Source of the DNA: a virus
Taxonomy: Duplodnaviria > Caudoviricetes
DNA: 37,747 nt
Reading direction: 5' to 3' (one strand)
Virus record (IMG/VR): IMGVR_UViG_3300022908_000006
Location: 1-37,747 of that record
A program made the position numbers and the translations under genes. Below the pieces are notes generated by a model. It had not been told where the DNA came from. It did not search any database and was given only the letters and a program-made list of their open reading frames with translations. Positions within the stretch are counted from its first letter, which is position 1, and each line of letters begins with the position of its first letter. Positions 1-8,826 of the stretch are shown piece after piece.

Positions 1-127
1 TTGCCTTAGGTACCTCTTGTGGTTTGTTTAGTGCAAATAGGGTCGCAGTTGTCGAGGTTGCTGCGATAAAGATGGCTGTTGAAATGATGATGATTTTCTT
101 CTTCACTTTCTCTCCTTGGGTGTGATA
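1..127. repeat. Terminal overlap identical to 37538-37664 (circular or circularly permuted genome of 37,537 bp)
   Basis: Exact 127-bp identity read directly; 127 is a common assembler k-mer, so this is probably an assembly overlap rather than a biological terminal repeat. Confidence 0.9.
100..127. repeat. 28-bp direct repeat core, copy B (TCTTCACTTTCTCTCCTTGGGTGTGATA); same locus as 37637-37664
   Basis: Identical to 36463-36490; on the minus strand it contains an SD (AAGGAG) and a GTG start. Confidence 0.92.
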
Positions 128-140
128 TACACTTGGGGGC

Positions 141-169
141 ATTGTACCACCTTTCGCTACATACGTCAA
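141..169 (-). promoter_or_regulatory. Sigma70-type promoter TTGACG-N17-TACAAT with extended -10 TG, driving the membrane-anchored gene that crosses the origin
   Basis: cgtcaa at 164-169 and attgta at 141-146, 17-bp spacing. Confidence 0.75.
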
Positions 170-205
170 GTAGTGGTATACTAGGGGCATAAACGGAGTA
201 TCAAT

Positions 206-385
206 ATGTCATTTACACTAATCATCGCGTTCGTCTTATCATTCTTGCTAGGTTTCTTGGGCCTGGACCACTTCCTGAAACGTTGTGGTGTTAACGAGAG
301 GCTGTCCTTCGCTTTCAGCACCCTCTTCGGTATCTTAGTAGCAGTATTCGCAACTATCGCTGTTGCACCACTCGTGCACGCTTAG
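206..385 (+). CDS. 59-aa two-TM membrane protein (MSFTLIIAFVLSFLLGFLGLDHFLKRCGVNERLSFAFSTLFGILVAVFATIAVAPLVHA); possible superinfection-exclusion protein
   Basis: Not in ORF track; GGAG SD at 195-198, TGGTATACT extended -10 at 174-182, two hydrophobic helices, downstream hairpin. Confidence 0.7.
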   Translation: MSFTLIIAFVLSFLLGFLGLDHFLKRCGVNERLSFAFSTLFGILVAVFATIAVAPLVHA

Positions 386-422
386 TATCATAGTCTAGCC
401 CAGGCAGTATGAGAAACAAGAA

Positions 423-460
423 GACCACCCATATTAGGTGGTCGTTTTAGGTGGTCGTTT
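423..460 (+). terminator. Hairpin GACCACC/GGTGGTC followed by T tract; 13-bp tandem duplication TAGGTGGTCGTTT
   Basis: Inverted repeat 423-429/437-443; duplicated unit 435-447 and 448-460. Confidence 0.55.
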
Positions 461-870
461 CTTTTAGGTAAGGTATCGTGCAAGCTCGAAAGTGTACAAG
501 CGCGATATTATCCTTACGTGTTCCGTCACAGGATCGTCCTTATTATAGCACAAATTAAAAGACGGCCGATGTCTATCAATCTTACGAAGATTAACAATAA
601 CAGTGACCGCCTTAAACCGTTAACCAGTGGCCAACTGTATCTTCAACATCCGCTAGCGTCATAGTTTCACGGACAAACTCGACTAGGGATGCGGAGTGGC
701 TAACCTCCTATATCTTTATTATATCACAGGCTCTTTGTTGTGTTGTCGGGCATTATTCTTCTCCTAAGATTACTGTCTCTGGGATACTCACCACTATAGC
801 CTCATTAGCGAGTATCTTCCTATAGACACCTAAGTTGGCCACCTGGAGTTCAGAAACGGGGGCTAGTAAC

Positions 871-1110
871 TCACCCACGGTACTCAGGTGCTTTAGCGAT
901 TCCCAACAGGATTCCGAGCTTCGGCCACTTCTGCTCTAGCTTACGAACGATAATGTAGTATAGAGCCGCTGCAAGGGCCGTAATAAGCGCTGTAGTGGGC
1001 TCCACGATGTTTTCTGGTATATTGATACCTTTTCCTATAAGGAACGCTACCAGGGCTCCTACTAAGGCAGGAACAATCGTTCTGATATAACTTGTTATTT
1101 GATCTGACAT
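871..1110 (-). CDS. Holin with two TM helices (alternative longer start at 1185)
   Basis: Two hydrophobic segments, basic C-terminus, immediately downstream of endolysin; GAAAGG SD before ATG at 1110. Confidence 0.75.
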   Translation of the reverse strand: MSDQITSYIRTIVPALVGALVAFLIGKGINIPENIVEPTTALITALAAALYYIIVRKLEQKWPKLGILLGIAKAPEYRG

Positions 1111-1181
1111 TACTTTCTTCCTTTCAGACTGAGTTTTCTTCAGCCATTTAATTACTTCGTTTTGAGCTTTTGAAAAGTCAC

Positions 1182-1817
1182 TCACTTTTTAACGTAGACT
1201 TCGGTGAGCACATAGTCTCCCGTTCCTTCCTTGAGCATACGGTATCTCTCGTCCCTGTTCCATACTAGGAGGTCGTCATTCATCACTCCCCAGGGTTGGT
1301 GGGTGTAGTAGTCCAGCTGCTCCTTAGTTGGGATTGTTGGGTTATTTGGGTCTGCTGATCCAAAGTTTTTGAATTGTGTATATACTGCTGCTTCGTCTGG
1401 CATACTAGCTCCTTCTTTAACTACTCTTACTGTTGCAATATCCTCAGTCCATCCAACGAACTTGGCGTTGAAGTACCGCTCGATTTCTTCAATACTATTT
1501 AACCACATCTGCCCCGCCTGCGTGCCTGAGCCGATAACCGACAAGAAAGCATTCTTCTCAGGCACCCACTGGACTACATGCCCCCAGTTACCATATGCAG
1601 GAGGTGTTCCATACGTGCCCCAATGTTCAAACCAAACAGGGACTGACACATTGGGCATCTCTCGCTCTGGGTGCTTATACTGGGCGTTCTCCCAGCCTTC
1701 CCAGGCCGAACGATAGTAGTGGGGGGCGAAGTTTACTTCTTCGTCAAACCATAGACACCAGCCTGGTAGGGCGGTCACTGTGAGGTTAGGGAGGACAAGT
1801 TGCTGATAAGATGTCAT
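1182..1817 (-). CDS. Endolysin, CHAP/NlpC-P60-like Cys-His peptidase
   Basis: GWCL (catalytic Cys), SAW, PVWF and WGHV (catalytic His) motifs; next to holin. Confidence 0.75.
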   Translation of the reverse strand: MTSYQQLVLPNLTVTALPGWCLWFDEEVNFAPHYYRSAWEGWENAQYKHPEREMPNVSVPVWFEHWGTYGTPPAYGNWGHVVQWVPEKNAFLSVIGSGTQAGQMWLNSIEEIERYFNAKFVGWTEDIATVRVVKEGASMPDEAAVYTQFKNFGSADPNNPTIPTKEQLDYYTHQPWGVMNDDLLVWNRDERYRMLKEGTGDYVLTEVYVKK

Positions 1818-2173
1818 TTAAATACCCAATTGGCCACTATCACGATAATACCTAGTATGGCGCCGACTACACCCACATAGGCAATAAGATTGGTCTTTGT
1901 GAGCTGTACACCTCTGAGGGTGCCTTCATTCTCGTTCTGACGGTTGGCTATATCATTCACAACTTTTTCTAGAGCCTCAAACTGCTCTTTAGTGGCGACA
2001 CCCGAGCGTAGCTCGTTGAGGAGCTTAAACCTCTCCTCGGCTGCATTCTCGGCCTTTATAACAGCTTTTTCTTGGGCAACAAGCGCTGCCTGGATAGCTT
2101 TGTCAGAATCGTCGAATCTTTGGTCGACGTAGTTCTTCCAAGATACTAGAGGTTTGTTTTCTAAGCCCGACAT
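1814..2173 (-). CDS. Coiled-coil protein with C-terminal TM (lysis-cassette membrane protein)
   Basis: Helical heptads, then hydrophobic LIAYVGVVGAILGIIVIVA; ATGA overlap with endolysin. Confidence 0.7.
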   Translation of the reverse strand: MSGLENKPLVSWKNYVDQRFDDSDKAIQAALVAQEKAVIKAENAAEERFKLLNELRSGVATKEQFEALEKVVNDIANRQNENEGTLRGVQLTKTNLIAYVGVVGAILGIIVIVANWVFK

Positions 2174-2190
2174 ATGCTATACTCCAAGTA

Positions 2191-2649
2191 ATGGAAAAGA
2201 CGAAACGAGTCTGCGCTGGATGTGGCAAAACTATGTGGCTTCGGCCTTGTGATTTGCGAAAGAATATTAGGAACTGCTCCTATGAATGTAAGGGGAAGAT
2301 GAGCAGAGGTAAGCTTGCTGGCTCTCATAATCCTATGTGGAAGGGTGAGGATGCTAGCTATAAAGCTATTCACATATGGCTGAAAAACAACTTTGGGAAA
2401 GCCGATAGGTGTGAGAGCAAAGGCTGCACCACTCTTAACCCTAAAAGGTTTGAGTGGGCCAAGATTAAGGGCAAGACCTACTCTCACAACAGGGATAACT
2501 TCCTTAGACTTTGCGTTAACTGCCACAGGAACTACGATGGCATGACCGAGCAGGGTCGTAAGAGAATATCTGAGGCCCTCAAGGGACATAAAGCCTGGAA
2601 CGGACACGAGACAGCCCCCAGGGTAAACGGTAGATTCGTTAAAAGGTAG
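2191..2649 (+). CDS. HNH-like free-standing homing endonuclease, inverted relative to flanking genes
   Basis: CxxC pairs, HNPMWKG, IHIWL...C, LCVNCH motifs; own TGCTATACT extended -10 at 2175-2183, 7 nt before ATG (leaderless). Confidence 0.8.
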   Translation: MEKTKRVCAGCGKTMWLRPCDLRKNIRNCSYECKGKMSRGKLAGSHNPMWKGEDASYKAIHIWLKNNFGKADRCESKGCTTLNPKRFEWAKIKGKTYSHNRDNFLRLCVNCHRNYDGMTEQGRKRISEALKGHKAWNGHETAPRVNGRFVKR

Positions 2650-2775
2650 TCTTTTTTCTGCTGCAGCCTCTGTTTTGCGATTCTCTTCTTTCACTGCCAC
2701 CAAGGCGGCTGCAAGGGCCTTGTCCTTTTCCTCAAGAATCTTTTCAAAATATTCTTTTAAAGAAACGTCGGTCAT
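2650..2775 (-). pseudogene. Truncated 5' remnant of a paralog of 1814-2173, broken at the HNH insertion
   Basis: MTDVSLKEYFEKILEEKDKALAAALVAVKEENRKTEAAAEKR aligns with LVSWKNYVDQRFDDSDKAIQAALVAQEKAVIKAENAAEER; ATGA-coupled to upstream gene. Confidence 0.75.
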
Positions 2776-3218
2776 AGCGGTACACATGCTCCCTGGGTAG
2801 TGGTCCAGTCCTCATCTGCAGGGTACTTGTACTGCCACTTTCCGCTCGTATAACAACGCCACTCAGCGCCTGGGCCTGGAGGGCCTTGCTCTCCAGTATC
2901 GCCTTTGTCCCCTTTATCTCCCTTTTCACCCTGTAGGCCTTGTATGCTACTTCCGCCTGCTCCCGCATCCCCCGTATCACCTTTATCGCCTTGGGGGCCA
3001 TCATTGCCTTGTTCTCCGCGTACACCCTGGTCTCCCTTGTCGCCTTTATCTCCCGAAAGGGGCTTAAAGCTATTGGAGTAGCCCTTGATAGTGTTTTGGA
3101 TGTTCTGATTGAAGGAGGAGTCTGGGTTGAGAATTAAACTCCATATAAGTATAGCCATTACGACACTAGCTATAGACTGGACGATTATGATCGCTACGAA
3201 TAGCTTATTGTTTTTCAC
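2772..3218 (-). CDS. Membrane-anchored collagen-like (Gly-X-Y) protein
   Basis: N-terminal TM; GDKGDKGDQG...GPPGPG repeats; C-terminal Cys pair. Confidence 0.8.
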   Translation of the reverse strand: MKNNKLFVAIIIVQSIASVVMAILIWSLILNPDSSFNQNIQNTIKGYSNSFKPLSGDKGDKGDQGVRGEQGNDGPQGDKGDTGDAGAGGSSIQGLQGEKGDKGDKGDTGEQGPPGPGAEWRCYTSGKWQYKYPADEDWTTTQGACVPL

Positions 3219-3565
3219 TTCGCAAGTCCTATAAAGAGAAGTATTAGGGCAACAAAGAGCCCAAGGGAACTTGATACAAGCATCCAGGTCAGTCTTTTAT
3301 TACTAGCGACAATCGGCGAGTACTTGAGATCCTGTTTTTCGATAGTATTCTTAAGGTCTGCCTGCATAGTAGCCGAGGCAGCGGTTATCTTATCGTCTAC
3401 CTGCTCTAGAGTCGGTCGTGTTTGTACTACCGCGAGAATGGTCTCGAGTTTTGTATCAATCCTCCCGATAAGTCCTTCGTGGAGGTCTACCTGTTTTTGA
3501 GTAGCTTCGAGTTGCCAGTTTCGAACTGGCTGTTCAGCGGTTGTAACTTCTTTTTTTGTGGCCAC
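3215..3565 (-). CDS. Coiled-coil protein with C-terminal TM (holin-like/lysis accessory)
   Basis: Hydrophobic tail WMLVSSSLGLFVALILLFIGL; overlaps next start. Confidence 0.65.
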   Translation of the reverse strand: MATKKEVTTAEQPVRNWQLEATQKQVDLHEGLIGRIDTKLETILAVVQTRPTLEQVDDKITAASATMQADLKNTIEKQDLKYSPIVASNKRLTWMLVSSSLGLFVALILLFIGLAK

Positions 3566-3949
3566 CTAATCCCTCGCTATGTATCTTACCTGGAAGTTAG
3601 TATCGTACGCGGACAGATTAATGGTGAAACCATAGTCTCCACCGCCATTATCGTGGAAGTCTACAAAAGTTGCAGCAACGGCGTCAACAATGGTGGTTGA
3701 ACGTTTATAAAGACGGATGCACTTATCCGTACCGCCCTTACATTGCATACCTGTTGAGTCGCTATAAAAAGTATCATAGCTCTGGTTGCTAGCTGTCGTC
3801 CAACCCCTAGAGTAGGTGATGTAAGTTGTAGCCGTAACCCCCGTCGCCGCCCCTAGAGAGAATTGTATCTCGGTGGGTAAGAATGTTAGACCATCTATAG
3901 ATAGATTTCCTGTTGCGTTTGGTGTGAATGATCCTGCTTTAACTGACAC
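3566..3949 (-). CDS. Small beta-rich virion/tail accessory protein (127 aa)
   Basis: GGAGG SD at 3956-3960 favours GTG at 3949 over the track start at 4087; G/T/S-rich. Confidence 0.6.
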   Translation of the reverse strand: MSVKAGSFTPNATGNLSIDGLTFLPTEIQFSLGAATGVTATTYITYSRGWTTASNQSYDTFYSDSTGMQCKGGTDKCIRLYKRSTTIVDAVAATFVDFHDNGGGDYGFTINLSAYDTNFQVRYIARD

Positions 3950-3960
3950 GGTGAGCCTCC

Positions 3961-4584
3961 TTAAGCTGCCTCGTATGTGAGTAGCACGTTTATTTCGTCG
4001 TTGGTGGTCCAGGTGAAGGGAATAGTGGTTGAAAGCTCCGCCTCCGCGATATAACTGCCCGCCACGCTGTCGGCACGAATTAGACACTGATGGTTTGGAG
4101 AGGCAAAGAGATAAAGGGCGGCCCCAGAATACTTAGCTCCGGCTCCACGCCCTAGTATCGCAGAACCAAGGGTAGTGTTCTGAGAGGATATGTTCGTAGT
4201 ATTAGGGGCAGCGGGGAGGGTGAAAGACAGCGCCCCTGTAATGCTCGAGGTTGAGCCATACACAAAGCGTAGGCGCAGTACAACTGTCTTACCTACCCTC
4301 GCCCAGTATAGGATATTGGTCGCGGCATTGCCGACAGTTAGATTCGTCCAGGTAGGAGTCGCGGATGTCCAGGCAGCTCCAGGCTCACCACCAGAGGTCG
4401 AAAGCTTCGCGTTAGTAATTGCTCCGTCTGCGAGTTTTGATCCCGCAATAGCCGCAGAAGCAGATAGGTTAGAATTATCTATGTTACCGTTGAACTCGTT
4501 AACGATCGTCGTAATGGGGGTATTGTAATCGGCGACATCAATCGTATCTCCGTCTGATGGTAGTGAAACTGAAATGTTACTCAT
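3961..4584 (-). CDS. Short tail fibre / receptor-binding-like protein
   Basis: N-terminal NGNIDNSNL anchor, AITNAKL repeat, C-terminal W...RVGKTVVLR...FTLP fibre-head signature. Confidence 0.65.
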   Translation of the reverse strand: MSNISVSLPSDGDTIDVADYNTPITTIVNEFNGNIDNSNLSASAAIAGSKLADGAITNAKLSTSGGEPGAAWTSATPTWTNLTVGNAATNILYWARVGKTVVLRLRFVYGSTSSITGALSFTLPAAPNTTNISSQNTTLGSAILGRGAGAKYSGAALYLFASPNHQCLIRADSVAGSYIAEAELSTTIPFTWTTNDEINVLLTYEAA

Positions 4585-6536
4585 TATTGTGCTCCTTGTG
4601 ATTGTAGCAGCGCGTCTTGGAGACTAGGATCCTGCCCGTTAGAATACTGTTGATAGTTAGCGATCGGCATGAAGAACTGTCTCAGGGCCGCAATCTTCTG
4701 AGCCTGGGCGGCTGGTGGATCTCCAGGCTGAGGTAGGTAGGTCCTTGAGTAGAACGCCTCTTCAGAGGCTGGCATCGCCGCACCTGTATTGATACGTGCG
4801 ATTGAGTTAAGGATGTTATTAGCAGCAGCTCTATACTGGCTCGTACCGGCCGCGCCAGATACAAGACCTCCAACGATCGGTAAGTCTTGTCCAGGTGTAG
4901 CGTTCTTATTCACGATGCTAGGGTCCTGAGATAGGATACCCTCTAGTTGATCGATCGAGGCTAGACCGGTAGTAGCTTGTGAGTAGAGTTGAGCCGATGG
5001 TCTCGTAAACGATGCTTGTGGTTTGGCTGGAGCTAAGGCCTTTTGCAGACTTTGGAAGTACGATATATATTTGTCGGCGTTTTTAGGGTCGCGCTGAACA
5101 TCGTATAGTAGGTTGTCCTGGCTGTAAGGACTCTGTTGGTCAGCCTGCGGTTGTTGTTGGGGACCGGAGCCGAGGTACTGTGATGGATCCGTTCGTGCAG
5201 GCTGGTTTGTGCCGAACCCAGGAGATCCTAGGTATTGGTTCTCCTGTCCGGGTTGAGCTTGTACCTGAGGACCCGCTTGAGGAGTGAGCGCATTGCCTGC
5301 TGCGATTCTCGCGCCTGTTTGTACGCTTGGGTTTCCAATGACACCTAGACCTCGCCCTGCGAGCGTTTGTGCGCCTTGGACTACTCTGCCGGGGATAGGA
5401 ACTGTTGCGATTGAACTACCGTTAGTCCTCGCGAAGCCTCCAGTTATGCCAGCCTTCTTGAGCATAAGTTCTTGTGCGTCGAAGGCGTTAGACAGATCAG
5501 ACTTCAGGGTCTTGGCTGCACCCACTCTGCTTGCAACAGCATCTGTTACCTCTCTACGGGCTAACCTGAGTATCTGCTCCGTTCCTGGTTCTGGGCTTGC
5601 CGAGTTACGGGCGAAGTTGATGTTTTTATCTATATTCTTTCGCAGGGTATCGAGCGACTTAACGTCTTTGGACTGCGAGATACGGTCAGCTATATCCTTG
5701 ATGATTGCTTGTTGACGAGGTGTTGGCGCAATGACGTCTGCTCCAAACTTGGTAGACAGGTTCTTGATAATAGCATCTTTACCTGCCTGGTCTAAAGCCT
5801 TGTTGGAGTCCCCAATAGCCTTGGACAGTTCAGTATTTCTCTTGGTAATGAAGGATTCGATACTCTGCAGTTGGGTATCCGAGCTTAGCCCCTTGACTTT
5901 GACTGTTTTCTCTAGAAACTGATTCAGTTGCGCGGCTTTAGCCGGGCCGATTCGTGCACCGTTTAGCTGCTCGCCGATACCTACGCCTCGTGCTTCACCT
6001 CTAAGGGTATTACCCGCCGTTGTAAGAGCTCCAGGAGCTGTGAGAGCACCCGCGAATGCCTGACCCGCGGTATCTTTAGCCACACCTTCAGCAGTCGCTT
6101 TACCAGCCCCTGCAATGACCTTAGCTGCTGCGCCTGCGCCCTTTAGAATGCGGAGGGGAGGGGCTGAGAATAGTCCACCCATCAGGGCTTCTTGTCCGAC
6201 ACCATTAAGCAAGTCCTTGTTCTCTATAGCGTTCTCCGCCACTTTACCACCACCAGACCCGAGTGCGCCGCCCAGGACTCCGCCCGCCAATCCTCCGATT
6301 ACTGTACCAATCCCAGGGACAACCGAGCCGATACTCGCACCCAGAGCTGCGCCACCTAGTGCACCACCGATGCCGCCACCAGTGGGGATGAGGGATGCGA
6401 GTCCGTTATTAGTCTCCTGCGGAGGTTGTTTTGTCTGTTGCTGCCTCTGCTGATATGCCCTGAGTGCCTCAATAGAACCTGGCTGAGTCTGTCCGCCTAG
6501 TGGGAAGCCTTGGTTGAGATCATCGTGCCATGCCAT
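4584..6536 (-). CDS. DNA ejection / internal virion protein (650 aa)
   Basis: A/G/Q-rich helical protein with long glycine zipper GGIGGALGGAALGASIGSVVPGIGTVIGG; podovirus position after tail genes. Confidence 0.65.
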   Translation of the reverse strand: MAWHDDLNQGFPLGGQTQPGSIEALRAYQQRQQQTKQPPQETNNGLASLIPTGGGIGGALGGAALGASIGSVVPGIGTVIGGLAGGVLGGALGSGGGKVAENAIENKDLLNGVGQEALMGGLFSAPPLRILKGAGAAAKVIAGAGKATAEGVAKDTAGQAFAGALTAPGALTTAGNTLRGEARGVGIGEQLNGARIGPAKAAQLNQFLEKTVKVKGLSSDTQLQSIESFITKRNTELSKAIGDSNKALDQAGKDAIIKNLSTKFGADVIAPTPRQQAIIKDIADRISQSKDVKSLDTLRKNIDKNINFARNSASPEPGTEQILRLARREVTDAVASRVGAAKTLKSDLSNAFDAQELMLKKAGITGGFARTNGSSIATVPIPGRVVQGAQTLAGRGLGVIGNPSVQTGARIAAGNALTPQAGPQVQAQPGQENQYLGSPGFGTNQPARTDPSQYLGSGPQQQPQADQQSPYSQDNLLYDVQRDPKNADKYISYFQSLQKALAPAKPQASFTRPSAQLYSQATTGLASIDQLEGILSQDPSIVNKNATPGQDLPIVGGLVSGAAGTSQYRAAANNILNSIARINTGAAMPASEEAFYSRTYLPQPGDPPAAQAQKIAALRQFFMPIANYQQYSNGQDPSLQDALLQSQGAQ

Positions 6537-6538
6537 GG

Positions 6539-7381
6539 TTATCTACCATAGCCCGGAAATATATTCCCAATTAGCGACTTGCCATTAGCAAATGTGCTTG
6601 GTTTCGAAGTACCCGACGTAGTATGGGTACTCGGCGCACCTGCGTAAGAGCCGCTGGCGCCAAGTGCCGAGAGTGCGCCTTGGTACTGAGATGGGGCATT
6701 GCCGAATTGAGCATCGTTGCCAACATATTGAAGAGCAACTTGAGCATTCTTGTCGCCATCTGCCGCCATCTTAGAGAGGAGTTCACGATAGCCGATCTGC
6801 CCACCCTGAGCGTTATAAAGCTGGACGTACTCGGCGGCATTAATAGGCTTACCGTAGGCATCCGTAAAGTTGTAACCCCCATTAGCAGTTCGGGAGATCT
6901 GTGGTAATGGTGCACCTCCACCAGCTGAGGCCCCACCACTACCCGACGAACCGTAGCCGAAGGTTGGTGAGGCTGCTGCAGCCCTTGCAGCAGCGGCCTG
7001 TTGTTCTTGGAACGCCCGGTCTTGCTCCTGTTGGTAGATTTGCTGACCAAGAGTATCTCGGCGCTCATTAATGCCTAGAATAGCATCTTGAAGACTGTAG
7101 GCCTGTTGCTGACCTTGCTGTCTTAAGTTGGCGAGTGCAGGGGCGTAGTCAGTGGCGGCGTATTTAGCTTGTTCACCTAGTGGGATTCCTGAGAAGCCTA
7201 CACCACGTCTGCGCGCTCCATCTACAATATCCTGATAGGCGACATCTTTTTTTGCGTTGAGACCTTGTTCCTGAGAAGCGATCTGGTCCGGTATCAAATT
7301 AGCCCTATCTTGTAGAGACTGGACCTGGGGTTGGAAGGTAGGGTTTAGTTCAGAGATGATCTGCTCAAGCGTCCGAGCCAT
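6539..7381 (-). CDS. Probable DNA ejection protein
   Basis: Q/A-rich coiled coil plus G/S-rich linker; start MARTLEQ lies downstream of TGGTATAAT at 7412-7420. Confidence 0.6.
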   Translation of the reverse strand: MARTLEQIISELNPTFQPQVQSLQDRANLIPDQIASQEQGLNAKKDVAYQDIVDGARRRGVGFSGIPLGEQAKYAATDYAPALANLRQQGQQQAYSLQDAILGINERRDTLGQQIYQQEQDRAFQEQQAAAARAAAASPTFGYGSSGSGGASAGGGAPLPQISRTANGGYNFTDAYGKPINAAEYVQLYNAQGGQIGYRELLSKMAADGDKNAQVALQYVGNDAQFGNAPSQYQGALSALGASGSYAGAPSTHTTSGTSKPSTFANGKSLIGNIFPGYGR

Positions 7382-7444
7382 GTTTATATCCCAGATGCCC
7401 GTATTGACTTGATTATACCAGTAAGGATGAACATTATACAATAC

Positions 7445-7834
7445 CTAACTAGGTGTTTCAAACAGGTAAGCGTTGGCCATCACTGTACAAGCTGTTGAAG
7501 TATGCGAGCCACCTGTCTTATTTACAAGAAAGAAGGTCAGAACAACATTATTCCCCGTCCTCGTCCCGACCGTTGCGATATTGAAGTTAGCGTCTAGTGA
7601 GTAGTCCCTAACGGGGAACTTGTACCAGTCAGAGCTGGAGGTAGAAAAGTTTACCTGTATCTGTGAGAAGTTATCGTTGTTATCTATTGGGATAGTGAGA
7701 TCCCCCATATTCTGTGCTAGGCCCGCACCTAGGACGGTGGCGGGGATCGTCTTCGTACCCGTCATATTACCATAGTTAAGAAAGTATTCATACCTCGTAG
7801 AAAACAAGATATTCGAAGGACTAGGATCACTCAT
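7445..7834 (-). CDS. Small beta-rich tail protein
   Basis: Start MSDPSPSN overlaps upstream gene end; shares an STRY/TTRY N-terminal motif with two neighbours. Confidence 0.6.
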   Translation of the reverse strand: MSDPSPSNILFSTRYEYFLNYGNMTGTKTIPATVLGAGLAQNMGDLTIPIDNNDNFSQIQVNFSTSSSDWYKFPVRDYSLDANFNIATVGTRTGNNVVLTFFLVNKTGGSHTSTACTVMANAYLFETPS

Positions 7835-8174
7835 CGAGGTAAACCTTCCAGTAAAATGCAACGTTCTGTGGCGAACCGCTAGAGTTAGACATATCTGCGT
7901 AGACAGCTGACGAGGTTATTCTTAAACCTCCAAAAATACTCAAGGTTGTACCAGGGCCACCGTCGCTATTAGAATATGGATCGCGCACGAGGGGCCATAC
8001 TTGCCCAGATATAGGGACGTACCAAGCCTTCACTCTCGGAATATAACCTAAAGAGTGAGTCGTCAGCAGAACGTCGTTCCTCCCTGTGGGCACACTAAAT
8101 GCACTACTATTATTCTCATATATCTTGAGGAAGTTATACCGTGTTGAGACGATGACGTTTGTAGGCGTGGACAC
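7827..8174 (-). CDS. Small beta-rich tail protein
   Basis: THSLGYIP motif typical of phage tail-tip accessory domains; TAGTG coupling. Confidence 0.6.
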   Translation of the reverse strand: MSTPTNVIVSTRYNFLKIYENNSSAFSVPTGRNDVLLTTHSLGYIPRVKAWYVPISGQVWPLVRDPYSNSDGGPGTTLSIFGGLRITSSAVYADMSNSSGSPQNVAFYWKVYLDE

Positions 8175-8548
8175 TATGACCTCCAGCTCGCTGTTAGAAT
8201 GTATCGTACCGTCGCTGGTGAAGTAGTCTGATTCGCCGCTACCACAACAAATGTAGTGGTAGTTGAGTATGCAGCAATCGTGACTGTTTGAAACTTAGGA
8301 GCGGACGGAACAGATAAATTGGGGATCGGCATGTCCATGTCTTGCCAGGTTGTTCCTCCATCTAGTGAGTAAATCAACTCTAGGAAGCAGGTATCGCCGA
8401 AGCTATGCGTTATTGTGTCATGCGTTCTGTGTGACACTAGGGTAGAAGAACTAGCCGTAGCCGTGAAAGATCCGGTGTAGACCCCCACTATCTTATCCGT
8501 TGGATACCGGGTGGTAAACTGCATGTTCTTAGCCTGTGCGGGAGTCAT
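8174..8548 (-). CDS. Small beta-rich tail protein
   Basis: ITHSFG and SLDGGTTW (Asp-box-like) motifs; TGATG coupling. Confidence 0.6.
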   Translation of the reverse strand: MTPAQAKNMQFTTRYPTDKIVGVYTGSFTATASSSTLVSHRTHDTITHSFGDTCFLELIYSLDGGTTWQDMDMPIPNLSVPSAPKFQTVTIAAYSTTTTFVVVAANQTTSPATVRYILTASWRS

Positions 8549-8826
8549 CAGTATTGCTCGGTTATATTAAAGGTGGGTTTACTTACCCCAATATCGATCT
8601 CTCCATCGGGGGCGATACCGATAAGGATACGTGACACGTTGTCTGAGTCATAGTAAAGAGACCCGTAGCCTCCCTCGTATGGGAGTTTTCCCTCTACGAT
8701 TGCATTCCCGCCAGACTGTTTAAACGCCTTCGTGGTCTGTTCCTTATTGAGTTGGCGTACCATATCATTTACCTGCCCGTAGTTCTGCAAGTTAGAGTTT
8801 TGAGTATTGAGAGGCTTGAAAGACAT
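8548..8826 (-). CDS. Hypothetical tail-associated protein
   Basis: Translationally coupled ORF in the tail module. Confidence 0.55.
   Translation of the reverse strand: MSFKPLNTQNSNLQNYGQVNDMVRQLNKEQTTKAFKQSGGNAIVEGKLPYEGGYGSLYYDSDNVSRILIGIAPDGEIDIGVSKPTFNITEQY

Noticed and set aside
2161-2787. 208-aa minus-strand ORF as a real protein
   Set aside because: Only the first ~42 codons from the ATG at 2775 are gene-like; the rest is read-through on the antisense of the HNH gene
3565-3568. TAG stop directly in frame with the next start (also 35876-35879), suggesting amber recoding
   Set aside because: Conserved genes are intact under code 11, TAG ends many genes at expected positions, and no suppressor tRNA was seen
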